A program made the position numbers and the translations under genes. From contig CM000433.1 of NCBI GenBank assembly GCA_000165345.1, positions 896,001 to 960,000 on the forward strand: a stretch of 64,000 nucleotides of DNA. The letters are read 5' to 3'. The notes below the pieces were generated by a model. The model saw nothing but the letters and a program-made list of their open reading frames with translations. It did not search any database and was not told where the DNA came from. Numbering within the stretch: position 1 is the stretch's first letter; each line of letters opens with the position of its first letter. Positions 32,816 to 43,088 of this stretch are shown here, one piece after another.

Positions 32816-33412
32816 ATGCCAAAGTTTTACTGTGATTATTGCGATATTTACTTAACACATAGTTCTACAAATGGAAGAAAACAACATAATTTGGGTCGAA
32901 AACATATTAACAATAAAATTGATCATTACAAGAATGTTATAAAAAGTCCAAGTTTCAGCGCACCATTAATGTTTGATTCGGAGTATAATGTTATTGGACA
33001 TTTAGGAAATGTTAGACAATTTCTACTAAATCTAGAAAAGCAACTTTCTGTTGACAAAAAACACACGAATAAACATGAAACAAAAGATAAAGAATCTGCA
33101 AAGCCTACATCTTATAAAAATAATAAAACACCTATAGGTAATAACAATAATCATAGTAATAATATAATTAAAGGAGGAAGCGGTAATGCTAATTATAATA
33201 CAGGAAATCCGTATGTAAATCAAGAAAGATTTCATTATAAAAGTACAAATTCCGGAGGAAATTCAGCTTTCGCAAACTATGGAAGACCGGAACATTCAAG
33301 TTATTCAAATAATTATAGTAATTATTATAGAGGCGGCCAGATTGACGACGGAGATGGTGGATCTCGAAGTTATAAAAAAGGACCTGTTCAAAACTACGGT
33401 GGTAGATATTAA
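32816..33412 (+). CDS. SNRPC: U1 small nuclear ribonucleoprotein C (U1-C) with a G/Y/N-rich low-complexity tail
   Basis: The N-terminus [30 protein letters not shown] closely follows the U1-C matrin-type C2H2 zinc finger ([30 protein letters not shown]). Confidence 0.85.
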   Translation: MPKFYCDYCDIYLTHSSTNGRKQHNLGRKHINNKIDHYKNVIKSPSFSAPLMFDSEYNVIGHLGNVRQFLLNLEKQLSVDKKHTNKHETKDKESAKPTSYKNNKTPIGNNNNHSNNIIKGGSGNANYNTGNPYVNQERFHYKSTNSGGNSAFANYGRPEHSSYSNNYSNYYRGGQIDDGDGGSRSYKKGPVQNYGGRY

Positions 33413-33562
33413 TATATTAACTTTTTTTTTCAAATATGTATTGGAATTTAAACAATTTTCTTATTATTATTTTTCTTATTATTATTTTTTTTTTAATATT
33501 TTATTTATTTATTCTAATTTAATATATAATTCCATATTTAGACTTAAAATTTATTCAGTGAA

Positions 33563-34650
33563 TTAAGTAAAATATTGAGGCATTAAAGACATCATATTTT
33601 TTGAAAATTCACCTCTTCTTGGGGCAGTATCAAAAGTAAGAAATTGTTTGTTTTCATTCTCATCCAATTCCATCAATGCTGCTTGATTTCCACATCTATA
33701 ACAATAATTTGGAGCACTAAAAACAGTAACTACATTATCATCATGCGACCATGTATATCCATCCATAATAAGTTGGTGAGCTCTACAAATTGTTGAAAGC
33801 CCATTGGTATGAATAAATTTTTGACTAACATCTGGACCGAAAATAAACCCTGCTCCTCTTGGAGATGCTGACCATCTAAAAATAATATTGTTAAGTTAAA
33901 TTGATAAAATATTAATGAATTATATTGAACTTACCCTGCTTTCTCATCAGGATCAGACCAAAGTAAATCACACATTGGACCCTCATGTGGTATTTCCTGA
34001 AATCTATTAATAGAATCAATTTCATCAATTGTTAAAGCTCCAGGAGAAAGACCACCATGATCACAAAACATATGGTGTTCAACCAAAGCGCCAAGAGGTA
34101 GGTAATCAAACATATCAGTCAATTCATGCCATATTGACGCATTACCATATTTTCTTAAACATTCATCATAAAATCCGTATATTTGTGAAATATGCCTACA
34201 TTCATGGTTACCTCTTAAAATAGTTACTTTGTCTTTGTATCTTATTTTAAGTGCCATGATTAAACATATACATTCAATACTATGATATCCTCTATCAACA
34301 TAATCACCAAGAAATAAATAATTAACATCAGGAGGCATCCCACCAATTCTGAATAGCTCTAATAAGTCAAAGAATTGTCCATGTATATCTCCTGCAATAG
34401 TTACTGGGCATCTCACCTTTTGTACATTTGATTCATTAATTAGAATCTCTTTAAGTTTTGAACATAATTGTTTAATATTATTGGATGATAAAGGCTTACA
34501 AGAAAGAAGTTTTTCAATACATTTATCCAAATCAAATGGTTCATTTTCATTGGTTTCTAGTATAAATCCATTGATTACCGGTTCTTTGGAAACATTCTCT
34601 TTTTCTATCGAACCCACTTCTTGACTCTGAGATATATTTTCCAAATCCAT
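33563..34650 (-). CDS. Serine/threonine protein phosphatase 2A catalytic subunit; two exons
   Basis: Exons are 33935..34650 and 33563..33875. The intron 33876..33934 (59 nt) runs from GTAAGTTC to TTTTTAG and reads through as ...[17 protein letters not shown]. The metallophosphatase motifs are present: GDIHGQ, GDYVDRG, RGNHE, LWSDP. The C-terminal block [19 protein letters not shown]...FDTAPRRGE is specific to PP2A. The tail ends ...MPQYFT rather than the usual ...PDYFL. Confidence 0.8.
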
Positions 34651-35680
34651 TATATTTAAAAATTTGCTTATTTAGTAAGCAATCTAAATAGAAGAACGTA
34701 TTATTTAATAATATCAATAATAATAATAGTTCCAAAAATTTCAAGACCTTGGGTATTTTTGAAAATACATAATAATTGGATTACTAATTGTAATTTTTTG
34801 TTTAAAAATGTATTATCACTAGAGTAGATATTTAATTTAACTCCAATTATTTATGTATTTTATTTATTTATTCCTTGTTATTTTTTAATTTTTAAGACTC
34901 GCCTCACAGTTTTTTTTAATGAAATTATATTTCTATAAATTAATATTTTATATTAAATTACAAATTATTAAATTTTTATTTGGATTAACAAAATAACTGA
35001 GTTCCCGCCATTTAATTGTATATAATAAAACAATTGCAAGGAAAAAAAAAAAGAAAATTCAGATATAAAAATTATATTAGGGTAATGATGCATGGAAGGC
35101 TTTACTTAAATATCAAATGAATCAATTTAATAAAATTTGATAGAAAATATCAAAGCTTATAGGAAGCTCACAATAGTGCCTTTTGAAAAACTATATAAGT
35201 TATCAAATACTACTACTCTTTGCTAAGATCCCCAATAAGTTCAAATTTTCAATTGAATGTATTATACATGTATTGAATACAAAAAAGATAATACACACAT
35301 GTATACACTTTACAAACACCATACATTTATTGTTAAAAAAAAAGAAAAAGTCATTTGTGACGCCTTACAAATTTACTTTGTTTTTAGTACAATTATAGAT
35401 AAGTTGGTGGTTTAGAGAAAAAAAAACAATGAACAAACTTATATGAACAAAATATGCAAAATAGAATTCTTGAAATTAATTAAGAAATAAATATTCGAGT
35501 TATGTCTAGAAAGTTTTAAATTATTCAAAAAAAGGATGACTATTTCTACTTTCCTTTAGAAAAATACATATTAAATTATCTCTCTTTTTTTCTTCCCCTC
35601 TAAATTCTTTTCTTTCTCCTCCTCACCTTAATAATAATATAATGTAAATAATTGCACTAAATAAATTATACTGGACATTT

Positions 35681-35760
35681 GGCGCCGAAATATTATGTGG
35701 CCCAATTTTTAAATAATAAAAAAGTGGGGTGAATGACATTTGGGCGGCAATGTGTAAACA
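35681..35760. promoter_or_regulatory. Cluster of E2F-like sites (TTTGGCGCCGAAA, TTTGGGCGGCAA) in the 1.5-kb bidirectional spacer between PP2A (-) and the alveolin gene (+)
   Basis: ggacatttggcgccgaaatatt...gacatttgggcggcaatgtg. Confidence 0.4.
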
Positions 35761-36174
35761 AAAATTGGCATGTAAAACTAGTAAAAGTAAATGTAATTAA
35801 ATAGATTTAGAGTGAATAAATATTAATATTCATATTTATATGCAACTATAAGAAGGTTAAAAGATTAGAAAGAGTATCATTTAACTCTGTTGAGAAAACA
35901 ATATAAATAACGATATATAATTGGTAGAATTAATTAAATCGTTATTTTATTGTAATTATTATTTTTCAACATCTAGTATAAATAATAGTAAAATCAATAT
36001 ATAAATATAAATTTATATTTGTATTTATATATAAATATATATATTTATTTATTTGTTTTGTATGGATAAGTAATAAATTTGTGAAAGAGAGAAATTTGAA
36101 ACAAAATCATTTAGAAAAAAAAAACAAAGAAATAAATACAAATAGAATATATGAATACAAAGTAAGAGTATAAA

Positions 36175-37530
36175 ATGAACTCATGTAATAGTTTGGGCTT
36201 ATGCTCAGCAGAATCTGAATCTCCAATATTGCAACATAATTATGATAGTGTAGATACAAATGGAAATACATCATTTGGAAGAACAAATATGTCAAGAAGA
36301 GATGATTTTTGTTGTATGAGTGATCGAAATGTAGAAGATAATGAAAACGATTCATTTATACCTCAAGATTGTTGTAGTTCAAATCCAAGAATAGTAGAAG
36401 ATAGCAATCAAGATTCGGTTTCATCTCCAGGAGGTAATGCTCAAATAGTAACAGTTCCACTAGTACAAGAAGTGAATGTAAGGGATAGAATAATAGAAGT
36501 TCCTGAAGTACATATAACACAGAAAATTCGTCAAAAAGTCATAGTAAAAGATGTAATTAGAAAGGTTCCAAAACAAGAAATTCAATATGTAGATAAATTT
36601 GTTGAAGTACCAGAAGTAAGAATTGTAGATAAATTTGTATCTAAACCTGTAACAAAATATGTTGAAAGGCATGTACCGAAAGTAGAAGTACGTGAAATAG
36701 TTAAGGAAATACCAAAAATTGAGATACAATATGTTGAGAAGATTGTAGAAGTACCAGAAATAAGAGTTGTAGATAAAATTGTTGAAATACCAACAATTAA
36801 ACATGTAATTAAAGAAGTACCAAAAATTGAAATAAAAGAAATACAAGTCGAAAAAATAGTTAAAGTACCAAAAATTGAGATAAAACAAATAGAAAAAGAA
36901 AGAAAAGTATTGGGCCCAGTAGAATATATTGATATACCTATAGAAAAGATTATATTAAAGCCAAATCCTCAAATTATTGAAAAGATTGTTCAAGTACCAA
37001 TACCAAAAGAAGTTGAAATTGAGGTACCTGTATATAATCCAGATATTAGAGATACTGTTGAAATAGAAGTTGATAATTATTATACTGTTGAAAAAGAAGT
37101 TGAAGTTCCTATACCTGGAAGAATTATTCCTGTACCAGTTGAAGTAGAAGTTGAGAAGATTGTTGAAGTACCTGTACAAGTTCCACAAGAACATATTAGA
37201 ATTGTACAAAAACAAGTACCTCAATATATTGAACACATTAGAACTGTTGAGATTCCTCAATACCAAGATGAGTTTGTTGAGGTTCCACAATATGTTCCAA
37301 TGGTACATCATACTATTATTAAACCTGTTGTATCTCAAGAATATAAAGAACTTCCTCCTGTTGTTGAGCAAGGAGATGTTAGATATGTCAAGGAGCCTCC
37401 ACAGTATTTAGAAACTGAATATATTCATGGAGAGCCTATTGAACTAGACTGCAATACTCCTCTTCCAGCTCCTCCATCTCCTAGATATACTACAATTAAG
37501 GTTAACAGTGCAAATAATAGGGATAGTTAG
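36175..37530 (+). CDS. Alveolin / inner-membrane-complex (IMC1-family, articulin-like) repeat protein
   Basis: The central 250 residues are built from iterated valine/proline-rich heptad-like repeats: EKIVEVPEIRVVDKIVEIP, VEKIVKVPKIEIK, EVEKIVEVPVQVP. These are the EKIVEVP-type alveolin repeats of alveolate subpellicular-network proteins. Cys clusters near both ends (CNSLGLC, DFCCMS, DCC; C-terminal DCN) are consistent with acylation sites. Confidence 0.75.
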   Translation: MNSCNSLGLCSAESESPILQHNYDSVDTNGNTSFGRTNMSRRDDFCCMSDRNVEDNENDSFIPQDCCSSNPRIVEDSNQDSVSSPGGNAQIVTVPLVQEVNVRDRIIEVPEVHITQKIRQKVIVKDVIRKVPKQEIQYVDKFVEVPEVRIVDKFVSKPVTKYVERHVPKVEVREIVKEIPKIEIQYVEKIVEVPEIRVVDKIVEIPTIKHVIKEVPKIEIKEIQVEKIVKVPKIEIKQIEKERKVLGPVEYIDIPIEKIILKPNPQIIEKIVQVPIPKEVEIEVPVYNPDIRDTVEIEVDNYYTVEKEVEVPIPGRIIPVPVEVEVEKIVEVPVQVPQEHIRIVQKQVPQYIEHIRTVEIPQYQDEFVEVPQYVPMVHHTIIKPVVSQEYKELPPVVEQGDVRYVKEPPQYLETEYIHGEPIELDCNTPLPAPPSPRYTTIKVNSANNRDS

Positions 37531-37870
37531 AATTTATTATTATTATTATTGTTATCATCGTCGTAATTACTAATTTAATTGATATTTTAATTAAAAATGT
37601 AACTATCTCATTTCATCTAAATCCATACTTTCTAAATAATATTGAAGACAATTTAGATGTCATGATCAAACTTCATGTAATCCCCCCTCACTAATGCTGA
37701 AGAGGGTCAACAAAATCATGAAGTGACCTCCCCACCCTACATTTGACGACCGGCATAACCCCGGAACCAACACAAAACGCGTGCCCTTGAGCTACGTCTA
37801 GGAGGGGAGGAAGGGTCTCTAACGACCTGGATAAAACTAAAACTACGTTTAAGTGATACATTGGTTTCAT

Positions 37871-38093
37871 TGGTGGGTGGGTTTGACCTGGGAAGGTCAG
37901 AGGGTATGCTGCACAAGTCGGTAGTGTAAGGACGAGGCAACAATTTGAACGAGACATGAGCAAGCTCAGAGATCGCATTCACCCAGAAAAAAATTTCTGT
38001 GACTATTAATAGGTCCCGTAGGACCCATATCAGTTGTCACACTGATAAGAACAGATACTACACTTGATCATAGCCAAAAGGCCGAGAAGGTAT
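37871..38093 (-). ncRNA. U2: U2 small nuclear RNA (spliceosomal snRNA), about 223 nt
   Basis: The minus strand reads ATACCTTCTCGGCCTTTTGGCTATGATCAAGTGTAGTATCTGTTCTTATCAGTGTGACAACTGATA. This is near-identical to the universal U2 5' end, including the branch-point-pairing GUAGUA. Stem-loops IIa and IIb follow, then the Sm site AAATTTTTTTCTGG, a stem-loop III containing GAGCTTGCTC, and a terminal hairpin GACCTTCCCAGGTC...CCCACCCACC. The 3' end is approximate. Confidence 0.85.
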
Positions 38094-38842
38094 GCCCGTC
38101 TCCAGATTTTTTTTCTTAATTTGTATGCTCAACACGATTTGATGATGGTTCTGAAAATTCAATTATTTAAATTTAGGCGGGAAATACTATTAACCACAAA
38201 GTAAACTAATTTTTTTTCACATCAATGCTTACTATTTAAATAATTTAATCTAGTAAAGTATTACTTAGAAAAATATAATAAATAATTTATTAATCTTTTT
38301 ACTCAGAAAGAAAAGTGGAAAATGTTTAAACTATGTTCATTTTTTTAAAATATATATTTAATTTAATTGCAAATATTTATATTAATTTTATTGTAATTGT
38401 TTTCCCCAAATTTATTAAAAAAAAAATTGGCGGTAACTAATGCACTTTAAAAATTCTTGACATTTTTGCTGATAACTTTTTGGGCGGGCATTCCAAAAAA
38501 ATTAATTTTCGGTTTAAATTCTTAATTACTAGTTAAATCTTGAAATTTTCGAGTAAAAGGTAAAATTTGACCATAAAATTAACGTGTAAACGGATTAGAA
38601 ATAAAATATTTTGCTTATAACTTTTTACTAACTGGATTAAAGATATTATTTAATTGCTTTCAAGAATTTAATTATTCAAGTTTTTTATAGCAATTTTAAT
38701 GAATGAATATATTTTAATTCTGAATTAGGATGAAATAAGCAAGTAAATTAGAAATTATTATTAATTGTTATTATTATCGTTATTGTTATAACAATTATAC
38801 TAACTAACTAAATACTCTAATTTCTTAACAAATTTAATAAAA

Positions 38843-41800
38843 ATGATACCGGAGAAAATATTGGAAGAAAATCTGTTAGAACATGATTTACAAGGTTCAA
38901 ATGCATTAGTTCTACCAACTTCGAAAATTGAGAGAAAGAGAATACATCAAGAAAATAACTATTCAGAATCTGATCAGAATAGTGGGAGGCCATGTAAAGA
39001 GAAAAAAATGAGTAACAGAAAGAAAAGGAAGTTAAAACAATTAGAAGAGAAAAAAAGACTAAATAAGATACATGAAGATTTGACAAATGATTTAAAGAAG
39101 TATACTTTAAGTGATCAGGAGCTTCAGCTTATGATGGGCATTACAAATACAAGAATGAATAACAGACAAAAGCAAATACTTAGAAGTAGATATTTAGCAG
39201 CAAAGTTGGAATTACCAGATTTTCTTAAATTAAAAGATTGCTCTTCTAAATCAAAGAATTATATTTCCGAATCTGAATCTGAATCTGAATCTGAATCTGA
39301 ATCTGAATCCAAGTATGAATTTAAACCTGAACCTGAACCTGAACCTAAACCTAAACCTGAATATGAACCTGAATTTGAACCTGAAAATTCTAAAGTTGAT
39401 GATTTAGTTCATTCTACTGATCATGATAAAGAATTGAAATCCGAGAATGTAAATTTTGATTCAGAATCAAAATTAGAATTGAAAAAAAATGAGCAATTAA
39501 AAAAAGAAAGTCAGAAGAAAGAAAGTAAAGGTCGTTATATAAGGAAATACACGTCACTTGTAATAAAGAATGATAATGATAGACCAATCATTAATAGAAC
39601 TCCTGAAATAGAGTTTCAACGTTCAGAATTACCTGTTAGAGTTTATGAATTTGAGATTTTGGATGCTATTGAGAATAATGATGTTGTTATTGTAACAGGA
39701 GCAACAGGAAGTGGTAAATCAACTCAAGTACCTCAATTACTATATGAATCAGGATATTGTCCATTAAAGAAAGGAGAAAACAATAATAATGTAAATGAAG
39801 GTCAAAAAAGATATATGATAGGTTTAACACAACCAAGAAGGATTGCAGCAACATCATTAAGTAACAGAATAGGCGAAGAATTGAATGACTCAAAAGTTGT
39901 TGGATATCAAATACGTTATGATAAAAAGAATTGTACAAATGAAACAGTAATTAAAGTAATGACAGATGGTGTTTTATTACAAGAAATACAAAAAGATTTA
40001 TTATGTTCAAAGTATAGTGTTATATTAATAGATGAAGCACATGAAAGAACAGTAAATACCGATATTTTGATTGGATTATTATCTAGAATTGTAATATTTA
40101 GGAGAGAGGAGTATATTAGGAAAACTAAACAAGGATTAGAAGATAAATTACCACCATTAAAACTTATAATAATGTCAGCAACTTTAAGAGTTACTGATTT
40201 TTCAGAAAATCCCAAATTATTTTCAAAACCTCCTCCTGTTATTAATATAGAGACTCCAAACTTTCCTGTTACCCTTCACTTCAGCAAAACTACTCCAAAA
40301 GATTATATATCAGCAGCTTATAAAAAGATTCAACAAATTCATAATAGGCTTCCTCCTGGTTCTATTTTAGTTTTTGTAACAGGTAAGAAGGAAGTTAACC
40401 TATTGGTAAATTTGATCAATAATAAGGGGAAAAATAAAGCCAAAAGAAATTGTCTATTAAACAATACAACAAATTCTAAGATGAATATGCTTTTGGACTT
40501 TACGGAGAATAACCTCGAAGAGGAGGAGTTGGAGGAATTAGAAGAGGAGGAGGAGGAGGAAGAAGAAGAAGAAGAAGAAGAAGATGAAGAAGAAGAAGAA
40601 GAAGAAGAAGATGAAGATGATGATGATGAATTAGAAGAAGAGGAATTAGATGAATTAGAACAAGAGGAATTAGAAGAAGAGGAAAAAGAACAACAAAAAG
40701 AACAAGAAAATGAGGGAAGCAAAAACGTTTGGGAAAGTTTTGGCAAGAAGGATATCAGGAAGCGAAAAATAAGGCTTCACAAAGATGTGGATTCGTCTGT
40801 ATGGAAAGGTGGAGGAGTTATTGAGGAAGATGATAGTATGGAAGAAAAAGATTCAGCGAAAAAAGAAGAAGGAAATAAAGATAAGAAACCAGAAAATATT
40901 AAGATTCAACTTATAGCAATTCCCTTATATGCATCCATGAGCTTTGATGAACAAAAAAAAGCATTCAAATTGCCTGAATCTAATAATATAAGACACGTAA
41001 TCATTTCAACAAATGTTTCTGAAACTTCAATTACTATTCCAAATGTAAGGTATGTAATAGATACAGGTAAAGAAAAAAGAAGAGAATATACTAAAGGATC
41101 AGACTCTTCTCATTTTACTGTAGAATGGATTTCAAAAGCTTCAGCAAGCCAAAGATCTGGAAGAGCTGGAAGAGTTGGACCAGGTCATTGCTATAGACTT
41201 TACTCTTCACCAATCTACGAAAATATATTTCCAAAATTTGCTCCAATTGATATTTTATCAATACCTCTTGATTCTGTATTGTTATACATGCATTCTTTGG
41301 GAATACCAGATATTGTGGATTTCCCATTTCCCACTCCACCTGAAAAGTCACAAATAGATCAAGCTTATCAGCTTCTAACTATTCTTGGATCAGTTGAAAG
41401 CAGGAAATCCAAATATATATTAACTAACCAGGGAATTTCCATCTCGAGTTTTCCATTACCACCAAGATATGCAAAGATATTACTTTTAACAACGGCCTAT
41501 ATAAGAAAGAATTTGATAAGTGATGATTTAAAATCTTCTATAGAACTTTTACAACAAGTTTGTATATTAGTTTCATATTTATCAATAGGAAATTTAAGAG
41601 ATGAAAGTTTTTTATCAGATATTCAAAAAGAACATAATCAAGGAATAAAGAATGTTGATCATCAGAATTTGAATGATGATTTTGAATCATTTCCCTCAAA
41701 TTTAGGAAATGATATTGAAATTAATTTATGGTTTTGTATTAAATATTTGGAATATTATGGCTCAGGAAGAAAACATGAAAGATCTCTTTCTGATAAATTC

Positions 41801-42667
41801 TGTAAGAAATTTGAATTAAATTCAAGAGGATTATCTGAAATCAGATTAATGTCAATTCAACTTTTTAATATAACTAAAAAGAAATATTTGGATAAATTAA
41901 TTAATTCTGAAGCTAATTTAAATATTAAATGGCCTCCAAGTCTTCCAAATTATACTCAAAAGAATCTACTACGTACTTTCTTTATCTCTAGCTTTATTGA
42001 TCATATTGCTGTTAGAAATGATGGTAATTTGGTCTCTAAGGTTTCATATCAAATTCCTAATGAATCACCAAATAGTTATTCCGCTTTTATTCATCCTAGA
42101 AGTGTATTAAAAAGTTCCAAGCCAAAATTACTCATTTATAGCCAAATAATATCATCCACTGATAAAAACAGACATAATTTATGTGATTGCTTATTAATAA
42201 CAGCTGATGATATTTCTAAAGCTACATCTCTTAAACATTCACTTGTGGATTGTTCTAAAATTTTAAGCTTTCCAACTCCTTATTATAATATTGAAAGTGA
42301 TTCTATAATTGGATATTGTACTCCAAAATATAGAAATAATTCAGTTGTTATTGATCTACCTTCATCAGAAATTCAACTTGAAACCAATAATAATATTATT
42401 TTTGAAGTATTTGCTAGAGCTATATTAAATGGCCAAGTTTTTAAAGAATTTAAGAATCAGAGAATTTTAAAGGGTCTTAAATCCAAAAATAATTCTAACC
42501 AATTTAAACTTTTGGTTAATACTCTTGAACAGAATTCAATTTTTAATAAATCTCGATTGATTTCTAAATTCAAAACTAAGAGAGATTTTCTACTAAAGAA
42601 TATTCTACAATTATATGAAATTTCAGTTCACAATGATATTAGGAGCTTTTGGCCTCCAATTAAATAA
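38843..42667 (+). CDS. DEAH-box RNA helicase of the DHX37/Dhr1 type (SSU-processome helicase), 1274 aa, with a poly-acidic insertion
   Basis: Helicase motifs are present: I GATGSGKSTQVPQ, II LIDEAHERT, III MSATL, and VI QRSGRAGRVGPGHCYRLY. The block MTDGVLLQEIQKDLL..ILIDEAHERTVNTDILIGLLSRIV...LKLIIMSATLRVTDFSENPKLFSKPPPVINIETPNFPVTLHF closely tracks DHX37. HA2/OB-like C-terminal regions follow. Confidence 0.85.
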   Translation: MIPEKILEENLLEHDLQGSNALVLPTSKIERKRIHQENNYSESDQNSGRPCKEKKMSNRKKRKLKQLEEKKRLNKIHEDLTNDLKKYTLSDQELQLMMGITNTRMNNRQKQILRSRYLAAKLELPDFLKLKDCSSKSKNYISESESESESESESESKYEFKPEPEPEPKPKPEYEPEFEPENSKVDDLVHSTDHDKELKSENVNFDSESKLELKKNEQLKKESQKKESKGRYIRKYTSLVIKNDNDRPIINRTPEIEFQRSELPVRVYEFEILDAIENNDVVIVTGATGSGKSTQVPQLLYESGYCPLKKGENNNNVNEGQKRYMIGLTQPRRIAATSLSNRIGEELNDSKVVGYQIRYDKKNCTNETVIKVMTDGVLLQEIQKDLLCSKYSVILIDEAHERTVNTDILIGLLSRIVIFRREEYIRKTKQGLEDKLPPLKLIIMSATLRVTDFSENPKLFSKPPPVINIETPNFPVTLHFSKTTPKDYISAAYKKIQQIHNRLPPGSILVFVTGKKEVNLLVNLINNKGKNKAKRNCLLNNTTNSKMNMLLDFTENNLEEEELEELEEEEEEEEEEEEEEDEEEEEEEEDEDDDDELEEEELDELEQEELEEEEKEQQKEQENEGSKNVWESFGKKDIRKRKIRLHKDVDSSVWKGGGVIEEDDSMEEKDSAKKEEGNKDKKPENIKIQLIAIPLYASMSFDEQKKAFKLPESNNIRHVIISTNVSETSITIPNVRYVIDTGKEKRREYTKGSDSSHFTVEWISKASASQRSGRAGRVGPGHCYRLYSSPIYENIFPKFAPIDILSIPLDSVLLYMHSLGIPDIVDFPFPTPPEKSQIDQAYQLLTILGSVESRKSKYILTNQGISISSFPLPPRYAKILLLTTAYIRKNLISDDLKSSIELLQQVCILVSYLSIGNLRDESFLSDIQKEHNQGIKNVDHQNLNDDFESFPSNLGNDIEINLWFCIKYLEYYGSGRKHERSLSDKFCKKFELNSRGLSEIRLMSIQLFNITKKKYLDKLINSEANLNIKWPPSLPNYTQKNLLRTFFISSFIDHIAVRNDGNLVSKVSYQIPNESPNSYSAFIHPRSVLKSSKPKLLIYSQIISSTDKNRHNLCDCLLITADDISKATSLKHSLVDCSKILSFPTPYYNIESDSIIGYCTPKYRNNSVVIDLPSSEIQLETNNNIIFEVFARAILNGQVFKEFKNQRILKGLKSKNNSNQFKLLVNTLEQNSIFNKSRLISKFKTKRDFLLKNILQLYEISVHNDIRSFWPPIK
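39269..39385 (+). repeat. In-frame hexanucleotide microsatellites (GAATCT)n then (GAACCT/AAACCT)n inside the helicase gene
   Basis: gaatctgaatctgaatct... is repeated about seven times, then gaacctgaacctgaacctaaacctaaacct. The encoded sequence is SESESESESESES...PEPEPEPKPKPE. Confidence 0.9.
40515..40690 (+). repeat. Purine-rich GAA/GAG/GAT trinucleotide tract encoding a poly-Glu/Asp stretch of about 55 residues inside the helicase gene
   Basis: gaggaggaggaggaagaagaagaagaagaagaagatgaagaagaa...; the antisense strand gives the spurious poly-Ser ORF 40339..40746. Confidence 0.9.
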
Positions 42668-43088
42668 TTACTATTTCATCTTTGTGAGTATATAAAAAGT
42701 AAGAGGGGGAAAAAAAGAAATAAACTACTACCAAACAATAAGAAATTTATTATAATCATAGTAATTATTTATTTCTACATTATATTAAACTGTGTAAATA
42801 TTTAATTTAATTACATTTTATTTTTTTTATTTCCTTTTTGCATGTATGCATTAAATATTACAATGGTTTTGTGTGGACAAAAAAAAAAAATTCGGCGGGA
42901 AAACTGAAATTTGTATTTAGAGCAAAAATAAATAAATAATATAAATACAAATAATTTATTTTAAAAAAAAAAAAAAAGAAAAGAATTGGTGGAATATTAT
43001 AATTACAAGAATAAGAGATCAAGCTAAGTTTAGATAATATAGTTAAGTTTCCAAAGTCATTGGCTTTTAATATCTTGAATGACAGGAA

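Noticed and set aside
33420-33562. Searched downstream of the PP2A stop for an extra exon encoding the canonical DYFL tail
   Set aside because: No GATTATTTTTTA-like sequence or donor site is present in the 150-bp convergent spacer. The unusual tail is reported as a finding rather than corrected.
37691-37982. Two overlapping minus-strand ORFs of 81 and 95 aa in the GC-rich island
   Set aside because: The region is the U2 snRNA gene plus an adjacent structured RNA. The ORFs are an artefact of high GC content reducing stop-codon frequency.
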